Position numbers and translations under genes: made by a program
Notes under the pieces: model-generated
The model's input: the letters and a program-made list of their open reading frames with translations, nothing else
Database searches by the model: none
What the model was told of the DNA's origin: nothing
Part shown: positions 40,601 to 55,893 of the stretch, piece by piece
Layout: each line of letters begins with the position of its first letter
How positions within the stretch are numbered: the first letter of the stretch is position 1
Source: Adineta vaga
Taxonomy: Eukaryota; Animalia; Rotifera
Length of the DNA: 64,000 nucleotides
Direction of reading: 5' to 3'
NCBI GenBank assembly: GCA_021613535.1
Contig: CP075493.1
Coordinates: 10,168,001-10,232,000, forward strand

Positions 40601-42517
40601 ATCTTCTAATTCATGATTCCTCTGAGTTATTTGATCAATTTCAATTTTAAAATGCGAAGTATCTGAATGATTAGTTTGAAGAAAATCATTTTCACGTTGT
40701 TTCAATCTATTCATTTCTTGTACGAGTGTTAATTGACGAAGTCTGCAATGTTCCATTTCTTCAGCCCATTGACTTCTTTCATTGTAAAGATATTGATTTT
40801 CTTCATAGATTGTATCAACTTCTTGTAGACGGGATTGAAGTATTTGATTTTCATTTGTTAATTCATCTAATCTGTCATGTAATTGATCGATTTCATTCTG
40901 TAAATCATTAATAGTTGGTTGTTGTTTGTAAAGAGAGAGTGTTGATGCTGGCCGTGGTGATGAAACTTTCGATGATGCAATACAAAGATCTTCAATTGAA
41001 CTCATAATTGAACTTGTACCTTTTTCGATTTGATTTTGTAACTTTTGTAAATCATAATCACGTTGTTGTAATGTTTGTTCTAGACGGTGAACGTGCTCGT
41101 GTAATTCAACAATATCATTTGATGAATAAGCAATCGAAAGATTTTCAACATCTGTTCTTGAAGAATGCGTTGAGATTGGTGAAAGTTGTAATTGATTAGA
41201 TAGCGATGATGGTGGTGTTGGATAAATATGCACCTACAAATAGATGAATCAATCTTAGAAAAATTTTATTCACTTTTGTTTTATTCATTAGAAAAATTAA
41301 ACATAGAAAAAAAAGGGAACTCTTTGTTTGTTAATACGCGAATAAATGGAATCTAACAAGGACGTTGTCTCGGTAGAGCAACTATTGCTTGGTATATATT
41401 AGAAACCTATCGAATTCAAGACCAAATTCCGATATTTATTCAAGACAAATATGATTCTCTTGTATAGAATTTGATAAAACTTACTTGTTTCGAAAATGTG
41501 ACTTGTTGTTGAGACAATCTTTTATTAGTTAATCGTAATTCTTCACATTCTTCCAATGCTGCTGTTAATTTTGTTTTTAAATAACTAATTTCATCGAAAT
41601 TTATCATTTGTTTCATTTGATTATTTTCACTGATAGCTTGATTTAATTGTTGCTGTAAATGTATATTTACTGATTCTAATAACTGAACTTGTTCATAAAC
41701 AGGATCACTTGTTTTGAAATAGTTCAATTCAGAATATAGATGTTCATTTTCTTGTACGATTTCTTCGATGATTCGTTTCAATTGTTGATAATCTTTCGAT
41801 TCAGTTGTTGATCGAGGATTTTCAGGTGCATCAATAAGATTTCGATATAAAATCAATTGTTTTGATAACGAACGATGTTCATTCATCAAACGATCATTTT
41901 CATTTTCAACTTCGTCAAGACGATGTTTCAAGATTTGATCTTGTTTTTCGTAAATTGAACGAAGATATTCGATCTAGATTTACAAGGAAAAAAACGTGGT
42001 GAAATAAATTTCTTTTAGTCAAAACTTACTTCATCGATAAGTTCAAAACGTTCAGAAAGAAAACATTCTATTTGCTGAACTCTGTCCAAATGAATCAGAT
42101 AAGACAGATCAGCATTTTGAAGCAAACGAGCTATATAAATAGCACGTTCGTCATTATCAACAGGCACTAAAAGCAAATTTCAGATAATAATGAAATAGTA
42201 AATAGAATAATTTTTTCAGAATATCGACTTTCAAGTGTTATAAATTTTAATTACATAGTGTCAAAACTCGAATTGAGAATCAGTTCTTATTAACAAAGTA
42301 ATCAAAGCTTACCAGGGAGATTCGAGCCAGAATAATCATCACTGTTTGTTGTAGATAAATCACCTTGTTGTTGATATTGTTCAGTATCAAATGTATATCG
42401 TTCTTTTTCACTATTTTCGTTCACAACACCTTCGACTTCTTCTCCAGTATCCATCAAACTTTCAGTCTGCTGTTGTTGTTGTTGTTGATGATGTCTTTGT
42501 CGATTTGTTGTGTACAT
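37633..42517 (-). CDS. Long multi-exon coiled-coil protein (Q/E/L-rich; possibly centrosomal)
   Basis: Consecutive minus-strand exons with heptad-rich E/Q/K/L translations joined by GT-AG introns, from MYTTNRQRHHQQQ to EVSSTS*. Family not recognised. Confidence 0.7.
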
Positions 42518-43459
42518 ATTCAAAGAATTCTCGACATCAATCAACGTTCAAATCGAAGTGTTACGATAAATGGTCAGTGACTGTCCTTTTTATATGTGTT
42601 TGTTCTAATCCAGCAAGTGATCAATCTTAGCATCTTAACTTTATTCTAGGACGTTTCTGTTTTAGTAACTCGCATGCATATGAAGACGTACATTAATAAA
42701 AAACACATCATCCTCATGCATACTTCTTGTTCATCTAAGAGAGAGAGAGAGGGAGGGAGGGGAAAAAAAGAAATTTGTATGTAAATGTGCATAGATATGA
42801 AAGATGTTGTTCAATCGACGTAATATCAACATATGCAGACAAAGAGTAGAGAGTAAAAAGAAATTGTATAAGTAATCGTTCAAAGAATATATAAAAATGC
42901 ACAGAAGTGTGAGAAGTTCTATGTGATTGATGGTACTCTATTTATATAAGAGAAGCTTTCTTCTTCTCTTCTCGGTGCACATTAGAATTATAATTTTATT
43001 CATCTCAACTTACGAGATTGTATTTGTGATTATTATAAAAGTGTTTTTATTACAAACGAATGCAAATTTAACATTTAGATCGAGATATCAAAATGAGTAT
43101 ATTTGATAGAAAATGATCAGGTGAATGTATCATATTTTATATGATGATATTGTTCATAGAATGAACCAAGTGTTCTTCTCCTTGAGATGTTTTGTCGACA
43201 AACAAATTCGAATCGAAACAAATGAAGAGATATTATAATCAACTGAATGATCTTGAGAATGAAAGTGTGGATGTGTTATTGTATATTGTGGAAACATTGT
43301 TTTCTATACGAGATTTACCGATAAAATTAATCAGAAGTGAGAAATTTGTTTATTCACGTTTGCTCTAAATGAATTCTAAATACTTCATCAAATCAAAATT
43401 TTCATAAAAAGTTGATTAACAATAATCACCAAAGCTTAAAAATGAAAGAAAAAAAAAAT

Positions 43460-45356
43460 TTATAATCGTACAGCATAAATTCCACATCCAGGTAATGTCG
43501 GGAAAATACTTTGATCTGCTTTGCTAGCCCGTTTCGAATCATTACTACCAATATAAAACTTATCACGAACACTGGCAATAAATTTATCCAAATTTTCTTG
43601 TCGAACAAGTGAAACTGCACATCCACCCCATCCAGCACCTGTAAGACGTGAACCAAGTGCACCACTTTGTCTAAACAACAGTATTATTTCATTTTTGTTA
43701 TCTTTCATAAGAAATATTCGTGTAAATAAAACATACCGACAAATGTCTGTTAATTCATCAAGCTCATTACTACTACATTCATATAATCTTGAACAACTAT
43801 TATGACTTTGATTCATTAATTCTCCAAGTGTTTCAAGACGATCATGTGTATTCGAATCACACACTTCTTTGAAAAGTAATACACGATTTGCTTCACTAAG
43901 AACATGTTTCATACGTTTACATAATTCGAATTTTTGTTCTAAAAACATCAAGACTAGGAATGCAAAGCAATAAATCGAAACCGACCTCGATTAATGTTTG
44001 CTTTTAAACTGATAGCGATCAATTCGTCGACAGAAACATCTAATAATCCAGCTACTTCATCAAGTGTATAGGGGACTTCATGAAGTGAATCTGTTGCAAA
44101 TTTTTCTAATTCATTTATTGTCCAACCCAAAGCAGTTTGAAGTTCATACGGTTTACGAATAGTACGCCAATCAAGTCCCTTTAGCATGTGTTAATATCTT
44201 TCAAGTAAAGAAATTCTTATAGAATGAAAATATATTAAATCATCCATCAGTTTTACTTGAGTTGCTAATCGACATTCAGATACACGAATATTAAAATGAT
44301 CTGTTGCTGCTTTATTTACTTCTGTTAAAGAATGTGTTACGACAAAAGCACAACCAACTGGTCTGGTAACGTAACATCATACGTTTTCAATGGATTAAAA
44401 CTGATCAGCATTGCCTATATAATGAAAATTATAAAGAATCAAATACGATTGATACAAAAAAGAACGTACAGAACCACTATGTGCAAGACATGATGCCGCT
44501 TGATCCATTCCACCTTTTCAAAAATATTAATTTTAATAAACATCATCGCTTCTCAATGAAATTACCTCCTTGTGTCCCAATATATTTTTCACATTCAGCA
44601 CAAAGTTCTGCAAGATCACTCTAAAACATGTCTCATGAGATTAAATATATATATATATATGGCGAAATGAAATGTAAACCTTGCTTATATTGATTCCATT
44701 ATTAATCGCTGTAGTCAAAGCTGCACAAACAACTAAAGCTGATGATGACGATAGGCCAGCACTACGTGGAATTGTTCCATCAATTAAGACTTTCATGCCT
44801 TTTAATTTTATATCAGGATATTTATCACGAATACCTTGCACACCACATTTAAAATATTCATACCAATTCGCATTTTCATACGAAATAGAAAAATTCTGAA
44901 GATCAAATGAACCTTCTCTATAAATAGTAAAAACGAAATTGTTACAAAATATCTATAAGTTAATCATTGAAATTCTTTACTTGAATGATTGATCATTATT
45001 ACTAATTTCTACTTCATTACCATCAACAGCTGCAAAAACGGATACAATATCTTGATCAACAGCCATTGGTAACACTGAATACCCACAATAATCAATATGC
45101 TCACCTTGAACAAAAAGAAATGATCTCTCTTCACATTAAAACTTCATTTTCATTATTACCAATTAGATTCACACGTCCAGGCGCACGACAAAGAAACTGT
45201 GGTTGAACATCAGCATATACCGTTTTAAATTTTTCTACTAATTGTTTAAATCTTTCTTCACTAAAGCAAAGATTAATCAGAACATTCTCGTGAAATCATA
45301 GTAAATACTCACTTCGGATTTTGTGGTATTCCATCAGCTATTGAAATCAAATCCAT
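43460..45356 (-). CDS. GALK2: N-acetylgalactosamine kinase / galactokinase (GHMP), with two frameshifts as sequenced
   Basis: [66 protein letters not shown]. Frame breaks at 44358-44367 and 44177-44179. Confidence 0.9.
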
Positions 45357-46135
45357 ATCACTTAACTTCTTCTTATTCTTCTTTCTATTAGTAAGTTCAA
45401 ATCTAAAATGTGTCTTATCTCATATTTTATCTCTAGTTCTTTATATATATATATACAAACACGCTCAATAGCGTTTCTTTTTTAACTATAGATCTCTTTC
45501 ACACATACAATAATAATTCATCGTATGAAAGACACACGACACACACACACATACATGTATAAAGAAGTTACACACATATTAAAGGCTTCAATCATCTCGA
45601 GAAAGAGAGATAGAGAAAGAGAAGAAAAAAAGAGTAACAACAAAGAATACAACGACTTTGGATGTCAAAATAGATATAACATTTATATGTATTTACAAAA
45701 AAAAACGTAAACAGAAAGAATATTGAGAATATATATTTGTTTGTTTCGTATTTCTCTTCAATTATTCGTTTCGCATAGCAAAGATAAACTGTTCAATAGA
45801 AGAGAAGAAGAGAAAACAATACGAAGAAATCTTCGAAATAAATTTCATTTTCTATGACTTGTCATCAACATTATCATCATCATCATCGAAAATTCTTATC
45901 AGATCGTCAAATAAACATGGATGTTTTTTTTCTTCATATTTTTTTCTACAGAAACAAAAGACAAAAACAACCACCGGTTCACAAAATAAGAAGAAGAAGA
46001 AGAAGAAGAAGACAGAGAAGACAAGCTTATTGCATAAACATAAAGCCATGTTCAATGACATCTCAATGAGATTTCATAGAAAAACAAACAAATAATATTT
46101 ATAAGAAAAGTATGTATAAAGTATATTTATATATG

Positions 46136-49100
46136 CTATCGTTCTTTCGTCCGTTTTATTGTCGAAGATTTTGACATTGAACAGATATCTTGTAATGTAT
46201 TTCCATGATCAAGCAAATTAACAAGTATAGTAGATATTTGAGTTAGGTGTTCACAAAAACAACGATGCCGTTGACTATTAGCCTACAAAAGGAAAAGAAA
46301 TCAATTCATATAATATTTGTATTGTATCTTTTGTTTCTAAAAACTAAACACTATGTTTGAAAAACAACTATCATCTTCATTTTAAAATCTGAATAAACAA
46401 GATTTTCATTTATCTTACTTCGATAAGATCTTCGACAGTCCTTCGTATTGATTGATCTTCAATATCTAATAATTGTGTTATATCAGACAATTGATTTTGT
46501 GTCATTTGTTCGTCTTGTGTCTAAAATGAACAAAAACACATTTATTACTATTTCTAAAAATCGCCTTTTTTTCTCCTTACCAGATCGGATAGATATGTTG
46601 TTAATTGATCAATACGCCAGGTTGCCCACGGTTCAGTTAGTCGTTTTCGTATCGTCTCAATACTTTTGACCGGTACAGTTCTTTTTGGATCTAGGGAAAA
46701 ATAAAATTTGAAGATCAAACAAAACAACATATTCAATGAAATTGTTTACTCGTTCGAATAATATCTGAATATTTTTCATAATGATTGATTTTTGGTTTCC
46801 ACGAAAAACGTGATACAAGTGTACTCATGGATTGCGGTCGAGTTTTTCCTCCAATCCAACGAATGCCAGTTCGTTTATCATCATAAACAAAATCTACAGA
46901 AAAGAAAAACAAATTCAATGAATTTATTTCGAATGTAATTCTTCTTACCCTGTGATAATCGTCGAAGAAGTTCATCATCGATTTGATTGATAAGTATATC
47001 TGTAGATGTTGTTTCTTGTTTAATATTTTCATTCGATACTAATTCAGGAGTTACTTTCGTAATTGCTCTTCGTTTTCGAGATAATAGAGCAGCATTGGCT
47101 GTTTCTGCTGAATTACGCTTTTTGGATATACCACTCGTATCAATACCGATGGATGATACTGGTGTCGTATTTTCAATAGAAAATTTTGATAATGGACGAT
47201 TACGAGAATTGGAAAGCTTCTTTAAATTCGATGATGAATCAAACTGTTCATAATGAATTAGTTTCGACGGTGGCTCACTAGATGATAGTGGATCACTGAG
47301 AGAAAAGAAGACAAGGAAAGATATAAAATGAAATAGAAGAAAATGATTTTAAAATTTACTCATCGATTAGTTTGTGCTTTTTCGGTTGTCGAATAGTTGT
47401 TGCTGTTGCTGATGATAGTGATGATGATGATGATGCTGGTAGAACAGTTGTTGATATTGGTGTTATTTGTTGAGTGGATGGTTGTAAAGGAAGGCGTGTT
47501 CGATTTTTCGTTGACATTTTATTATGATGAACTAAAAATAGTAAGGTTTATTCAAAAAAGAAACGAACGAAAAGATTTAATTCATTTCTTACGATTTTTA
47601 ATAATTGTTGAATCGTTAAGTTTTTCATCCGTTTGCATTTCACGAATAATTGGTGTTGTTATTGTAGTTGTTGTTGATTGATGATTATTATTATGATCCA
47701 TTGAACGTTGTGTAGTTGATATAAGTACAGATGGTGTTGAGGAAGAAGAGGTTGATGATGAATATAAATGGGTTGCTGGAAGTGTAAATTGAACTGGTTG
47801 TTGGGGAGAATTGATTGACTCGGAATTTGTTGATGAGGGTAACAATTGCATATGAAAATAAGTTTGATGACCAGAAGAATCAAGATTTTTTGTCGTATAT
47901 GAATGCGGATGTTGAACTTGAACATTCAAGGATGCTAGAGGATTTTCAGTTGTTGTCGGAGATGACAAACCAAAATGCATACTTATTGGAAAAGAATCCG
48001 TTTTTTCACTTTTTACAGTTTGAACATGAGTGATATGTGGATGATGATGATGATGATGATGTTCAGAAGATGATATTGAAGTAGGAATCAATTGTACTGG
48101 TCGAGAAAGTACTTTAGCTAAATAAAAGAAATTATTCGTTTATTTAATTGAAGTTTTATTTGAATCATTTATTACAAAATAAAACATTCTTTAAAGTAAG
48201 ATTCACTTTTCTTCTTATCTACCCACAGTTTACTTTGTTGTTAAGTTGGATTTTTCTTTATACAAAGACCTGATAATAACCACAACACACTAAAAGATCT
48301 AACAAATACAAACATTTCGTTCTAAACTGATCTTACAAATCGTTCTCGAACAGTAAGTTGTTCTTTAGAAGACTCCTAGCTACTAAATCGAAACGATCAT
48401 TTTCATACATTCTTCCAGTAAAGATACGACGATTGGTGAATACAATGTTCAAGAAAAAGTCTGATTTTCATTACTTAAAATATTTTCAAAGACAATACCT
48501 GTTGGTAACATAGATGATGGTGGAATTGAAACTACAAAAGAAAAAGAAGAAATATGTAAGTTACTTTCCAGATCTATCTTTCTTTCAAACTTACAAATCT
48601 TCGTGGCTTGTGTTTGTTGTTGTGGTTGCCAAAAATTATTATTTGTATTTGATGCATTTGTATTTTGTTGAATGACTAATTTTGGTGTAATATTATTTGT
48701 AACATTCGTTGATGATGATGATGCAGATACTGACGATGAATTCGAATTTGTAATCAATGGTTGTACAAGTGTAACACGATTTTTCGATAGAAAAACGGAT
48801 TGATTTGTATTGCTTGAACAGGATTTATCTGTTCCCATTGTTGACATATCATTTGTAGATGAGATTGTCACACTATTTAATGTCTGAATTTTTGGTGATG
48901 TTGTTCCAGGTGGAATTAATGTTACTAATGATGACGATGATGTTGAATTTGAAGGAATTTGTTGTTTATTTACTGTTGTTGTACTGCTCTGTTGTGGATT
49001 TAATATATATGTTTTAGCTGTTGAAAAACCTCCATTCATGGATGATTTATCCGTCAATTGGAACTGTAAATTTGTTGGAGGAGATGATTTACCAGTTGGT

Positions 49101-49557
49101 GTAACTAAACGAATTGATGATGGAGTTGTAGTTGTTGTTGATGTGGTTACATTTGATGATGATGATGATGTATGTCTCACATTGTTATTTGAATTATCTA
49201 AATGTGAATCAGCTAAAAAAATCACATTTCAAGATGATTGACTCATGTATGAATAAATAAACATACGGATGGATAATTTTTTCACGATTGTTAATGGACT
49301 TGCCACACCGGGCATTGATATTGTAGGTACGAGTGGTTTTGGATGCTAAAGAAAAGAAAATTCATCAATATTTTATCTATATTATTTGAACTTATTTAAC
49401 GAACCAATTTTAAACCAGAATAAATAAGTGTCGTTGCAGTCGTTGCTGATAATGTAGAACAATCAATATCGTTCGATATTTGTTGTTGTTGTTCGTTTAA
49501 AACATCACTCTGCATTGGTTGTAATGATCGTCGGTGTGAACATATGCGGACTGTCAT
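46136..49557 (-). CDS. SAP130: Sin3A-associated protein 130-like (long S/T-rich disordered N-terminus plus SAP130_C domain)
   Basis: The C-terminal exons GIRWIGGKTRP..SWKPKINHYEKYSDI..WRIDQL..ANSQRHRCFCEHL..LVNLLDH parallel the SAP130 C-domain (WK..HHF.RYSDV / GN.QR..LDH). The start may be 49557 or 49515 (same frame). Confidence 0.72.
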
Positions 49558-51164
49558 ACACAAACTAAAAAATCAAACGTTTTGTTTATTATTATCCGAA
49601 TAAGAATTGCCCAAAAACGAACGACAAGAAAAAGAAATCAAGAGAGGGAGAGCAGCAACAGGCTACCCCAGGAGTGCAACGATGTCTTTTAGCTACATAT
49701 GCGTATGGAGAGAGAGAGAAGACGCATGAGTCTGTCGCTTTTTTTCCTTTCTTTCCTCTTTCTTTCTCTCCCTCCTTCTATTCGTTCCTTCGATCTATCA
49801 AAAGGCTTGGTTCGATGATGGTCGTTTTCTTTTCTTTTCTTTTCTTTAGTTTGTGTTGTTTTCTCTTCGTTCGAGCTCGGCAGCGGTGGTAGCTATCGTC
49901 TACATATATACATTAATGACAATCTCGGGCATCGTGCATGTGTGCGAGGCATGCCTGACCTACGTAAAATTGCACGTTGATTGGTTAAAAGGAACGATGT
50001 AGGAAGAAAAAGATTTGACAACGCAAAAGAAAAGAACATAATACAACACACATACACGACCGAGCAAGAATGATTTTTTTTCTTCTTTCGATCATTTTTA
50101 TTTTAAGGTAATATAGAACGATTGAATCGTGTTATCAATTAAAATACTTGTTGTTTTTATCCGAATATTAAGACGAATTTTTCTTTTTTTGTTTTGTGAA
50201 TAGAACGATGGACCAGCTGCTATTCTTTCAGAATCTTTTTCTTCTCGCTATTTTTTTTTGTCTATTCTTCTTCTTTGTCAATTAAGTCTGATGTCGATGA
50301 GAAAAGAGAAAAGTAAATGCAACCAATGTGTAGTATTTCTTCTTTTCTTCTTATCGTCGTACGACTATTCTTTTCTGGGCTTTTATTCGCGCAATATTGG
50401 TCGGACGCATGTAGACAGACAGTAACAGGCGACGTGAAAAAAAACGGAGAAGAAAATGAAATACATGCATATACACTCTTAGATAGATTCATTCGATAAG
50501 TAACTAAAACCTTTCACCATTTGTCTTTTTTCTTTTCTTTGCCTAAATCAAGAGATAAAAATCAATGATAAATTTTCAAGATTGTTTGATTATCTAATGA
50601 AGAAGAGATTCTTTTTTTTGTTGCCTTTTGTATATTTGCACTTACTAATGATGTGAATGTTGAAAGAAGACAGACGAAGGACATTTATGACTTAATTGAA
50701 GTATATTTCGAAGACATGAATGATTTCTATTTAAATGTATATGACAAATACATCAAATAGTCGAAATTCTTTTTTATTTCGTCTTGTGGCACATGAACTG
50801 AAAGTTGTATAATGTTATAGCAAGTATAAAGAAAAGAAATATGCATATAAACTAAACAGCACAACAAGATGAATTTTGAAAACGGAAAGAAAGGAAAAAA
50901 TATAATTGGCTATTTCAAAGTGATTCTACTGATGCATTTATGCATTTAGTTGAACGGTTTTTATGAATAAGAAAAAGATATTATTTGAACGAAATATTTC
51001 TTTAAAATATAGATCTTCATAAAATACGTCATATCGAAGAGGATAGAGTCTGAATTATAATTTTGTATTGGCAGATTAGAACACGGACTTCGTGTGCTGA
51101 AGAACTGTGTTGTGAGAAAACTTGATTTTTGTCATTCGATTTTCGTGAAATTACAAAGAAAAAG

Positions 51165-54100
51165 ATGGCTATTCCACTTGATCAACAATTCAAACTAGAA
51201 AAAAAAGGAATTACAGAAAACCGTATTCCTGTTTTGGTAATTTTCAATAGAAAATCTATTATTTATTAATATATCAGTACTATGATTGATTGTAGGATGA
51301 ATCTGGGATGGAACAACGTTGTTTCGTCACATATACTCCACTACCAACAGATATACACGACGGAGGAGCTGTTGAACAATGGATTGAACGAATGACATTC
51401 ATCTGTGAAGATTTAACATGGTTATTACAACAAAGTCATACAAAATTTTGGTGTGAAGTATGTGATTTTCTTGGAAATAATCTCTTTTTAAAAATTAGAA
51501 TTTCATTTAGGTTGTTTTTAATAAAGATTTTCATTCCATGTTTGATTCTTATTTACGTTATTCACCACGGTAAATCTCTTCTTTTTTTATCATTTAGTTT
51601 ATTTAATTGTTAACATATTATCGAATAGACCACAACGAACTGTGATAGCTGATAATTATTCTTTTGTTCCAAATGGTAAACAATTAGAAGAGAACGTTTC
51701 ACATCTCATGTTTCTATGTATTCTTCGACTTTCAACTCATAAAGAATCTACTGTATGTTTCATACATTCTTTCGTTCTATTTTGAATTTCTACAACAAAT
51801 CAAATAGGAATATTTCTTCACACCACAAGGATTTGGTAATATTATATATGAGAAGTATATTTTTGATATTCCTCGAATATTTGATATATGTTCATTATAT
51901 GCAATCAATAATAAAGATTTGTTAAGTAAAATGATTGGAAATATTTTTAAACAACAAGATGCATATCATAATGATCTTAAGAATGCAATTAAAGCAATCA
52001 CAGAAGTAAGTTTCATAGACTACTGATCTATTCATCAGCTATTTTATGAATTTAGGTAGTCAACACTCGAATTCAAGCATTCAATACACAAACTGGTCCG
52101 AAAAAACTTACTGCCACGACAACGAAATCGTCCGGTTCAGAAGAAATCATTGACTTTCTCCATTATATTCTTGATCTAAGTTGTACAATCAATCGTTTAT
52201 TCTCTGTTTATCCACCAACTCGAATGATACTTTTCCATGAAAACTTTCATATAACGCAAGTACGCTGAATACACTAGGCAACAAACTAAAGAAATGTGTT
52301 TTTGCTTATTTTATTAGATTGATCGAACTGTTTGAAACATTCTTACGTATTTATGAACGTACTCAAAAAGCAAATAATCTCGAAGATAATGAGTAAGTTT
52401 AAATAAACGATTGCCAATTAAAATACTTCTCATATGAATTATTTAGAGAATTGTTCGAAGAAACAAAATATGAATCTATTGTTTTATTCAATGATCTTCT
52501 TGCGTCATGTTGTATTGATCCATTACTTGTGAATGAGTAAGATTATTTCTTGAAAATATCGAAACTGTTATTTCATATACATTCATTTTTATAGAAATAA
52601 ATCTGATAATGTCGAATCATTGATCGATATATTTTCATTATTAATTACAAAAAAACGATTTCTTGCTGCATATGAAGATTATTTCGATCTTCGTGAAATG
52701 ATTGATCTTGTTCATCAAACAACTAATCTTTTGTAAATAGTACAATACTGATGAAAATATCGATAAGAAAATGTATATATTATCTGTAGAGATGATCAAC
52801 AAATTACGTTTTATACCGATGGTGTAAAACAAGCTATTGAACTTCATGGAACTCCATCATGCAAACAAAAATTATCTTCTGTATGTAGTTCAAACGAAGT
52901 TTTATGTTATCTATTTTCTCTATTTAGTCAGCAACTGGTATTTCTTCCGTTAAAAAATCAACTAATCCAAATGTTCAAATGATTCAAGATATGTTTCCAC
53001 ACTTAGATGAAAAATATATTCAAGTAAGTTGGAGAGAATGAAAAGGTAATCTAGAGAATTATTTTAAAAGTTTTAAACCCATTTTATCATTGAAATCCAA
53101 TGTTTTTAATGTGTTTACGAATGTTTCGAGTGATACTTTGGAATTTGGTTGATCATCTATAAATTCTGCAATAACTTTTTCTGCTATAATTGAGGCTTCA
53201 TCATCACTGATTTTGCCAACCTAAATGATAAAAATAGACAGATATAAATGTACATATTGATTCATGATTGTTTCTTTATTGATTTACCATCATTTTAAGT
53301 GTTTCTTGTACGTCTTCCTTTGACAAACGTCCATCACGATCAATATCGTACATCTAACAGAACAATACAAAAACATATAAGAATGTTAAATAGAAAGAAT
53401 GTTAGTTTTGATCATACACGAAACATAAATTTAACTTTACGAGTTTTTGGTGTATCATCAGGAGAGTATCGGACGTTTTCTAAAGTAGATTTGGTTGCAA
53501 GTTGAGAAGTACTATTCACTGTAGTTGCTTGCAGGGATGATCGACGTTTTGAATGAGAATGATGATGACCATGATGTTCGTGTCCGCCACGAACACATTG
53601 ACCGAATGTACTCATAAAGTAAACAAATTGTGGGAATGTTAATTTTCCATCTGAACCGAAATCATCCAAAATAACTTTGATCAATCGAGGTGCAATTGGA
53701 TTTTCATCAAATTTTGGTACACGACCAAGATCATCTCCATCTATATAACCTTTATATCCTTTTGTATCACCGCGACCATCACGATCAAGTTCAAAAAATC
53801 GTGTCCATAATGAAGAAATTTGTTTTTTTGAAAGGCCTAATTCATTTCTCAAGAGATTTTCTTATTGGAAAAATGTTTCTTTATTACCTGTATTATTAGT
53901 TATCTCCTCAACATTAACCGATTCCGGTAATGATGGTGTTGCACCCATCGCTATTTTGCTTCCGTTCTCTTCTGTGTTGGTTTGTCTTAGAATCGATTCT
54001 ATTTATTGTTTAACGGAGAACGTGTTCTAAATGTTAAACATACGGTTAAAATAGAAAAGAATAGAAAATATTGTGTTTTTCTCTTATTCTCGAACATATC

Positions 54101-55893
54101 ACATGTACGTGTAGTCATGCATTAAAATCATTATTATCATCGCTACCTATTCAAGTATGATATAAATGTGCGAGTGTATGCTAGAGAAAAAAAGCTTGTA
54201 AGAGAAAGAAAAGTAGCCTTTTTTTTTGTATGAAATAAATATAACTGCAAGTAGAAAAAGAAGAGAAGAAGGAATAAAAATGAGAAGATAAAATATAGTT
54301 TTTGTCTTATGATTATAAATTAAATGAAGAAAATGCTCTTTTGTATATTGAAAAGATCAGACAAATAGCTAAAAGTCACGTTCGTTGATAGAACGAGCAA
54401 GTTTATTACTTGCCTCATTTTTCTGATAAGATCGACTTGAAGATACTCGATGCCAAACGTATGAACGAGGAGAAGTAGAATTTATTAAATGTCGCAATCA
54501 AACGTAAGAGATAGAATAGAACAATATGACGAGTAGCGCATAATAATTGATTGAATGTCTGCTGTGTCTGTTATTGCTTCTGTATTCTCTCTCTTTCTCT
54601 CTTTTTCGGTGTGCGCGCTGAACTTTTACACATCGAATCAGAGAAAAGAATGTGATAATAAAGGAAGAAAAACAAGAATTTATTCATTGTTACTTGATCT
54701 AATCACAGTAGGCTGTTGCCTGCAAACTTATAAAAGAAAAGAAAAGACACATAAGATGACTGTCATTAATGATGTATTAACTCATGTTGAATCCATAGAA
54801 AGAAAAGCATAAGTCACTGAAATAATAATAATCTATTCTCTTTAGACTTGTCTTAATCATTACGATAATAATACTGAACGTCTTGTTAATGCTCTATTTG
54901 ATAATACTGTTCCTGAAAATCTCAAATCTGAGACGATAAATACTGTAACAACGTCGGCATCAGGATTTTCATCTTATGATACAACCGATACTGAGAATTT
55001 ATTTACGAGTAAAGATCTATATCTTGTGGAACAACGTTCAAATATATATGATAATGATGAATTTGATTTCTTCAATCGTGAAAATATTGATAGATCCAGA
55101 ATACATCGAGGAAAGAAGTACGTAGATATTATTTGCACGACTAATATTGATGATTTTTTGTTCTCTTAGAACACAAGATTCATTAGCAATTCTTGATGAT
55201 AAATCTCATTTGGAAGGAATGAATGAACGTTATGCTCGTCTAGGTCTCGTTCAAGATTATACAGATGAAGAATATGATGATGAATACGATGACACATATG
55301 ATGATGGTATTGTCAATGTGAGAGATAAAGATGATACGGTTGATAATGAATTAGCAAAAAATGAAAACAGGTTTGATATTTATTACTATTAATCTTTCTC
55401 TTTTTTTATGAATCATAAAAAATTCTCAATAGATCAACTGGCATAAAACCAAGACGTTTTCGTCAACAATCGGATGATGAAGAAGAAGAAGAAGCAGATA
55501 ATGAAAATAAAGTAATTTCCTTTTAGCATGGATCTTTTTTTTTATTATTATTTCTGTCATAAATCAATCTCTCGTTCTTTCGTTAAGGATAAACGCCGCC
55601 AACAATTCGTAGAAAATCCTGAAGTTGTTCGAGAACGATGGGCACAACAACGAGCAGCTTGGCAACAACGTCATCAACCACATCGATCGCACGCTCAACA
55701 ACAACAACAACAGCAGCAGCAGCAGCAGCAGCAGCAACAGCAACATGATGTCGTTGGTAGTGCTCGTGGTCGTGGTCAAACAACAACAGTTCAGCATAAT
55801 CGACGTTGGAAAGATTCACATAAATCATCACAAGGAAATCATAATCGTCGAGATCGAGCAGCACAAAAAGCAAATCGCGGCTTACTTTCTTAG
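51165..55893 (+). CDS. ASCC2: Activating signal cointegrator 1 complex subunit 2 (CUE domain)
   Basis: MAIPLDQ, WLLQQSHTKFWCEV, RLSTHKES, IFDIPRIFDIC, CUE domain IQDMFPHL..CLNHYDNN, IYDNDEFD, YDDEYDDTYD, FVENPEV, NHNRRDRA. Confidence 0.92.
53059..53948 (-). CDS. Calcineurin B homologous protein (CHP)-like EF-hand protein nested in ASCC2 intron
   Basis: MGATPS (myristoylation consensus), GLSKKQISSLWTRFFELD, NPIAPRLI, KVKFMFRMYDIDRDGRLS..LKMMVG, DKMGLKLLK*. Four exons lie wholly within ASCC2 intron 53024-54845. Confidence 0.87.
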
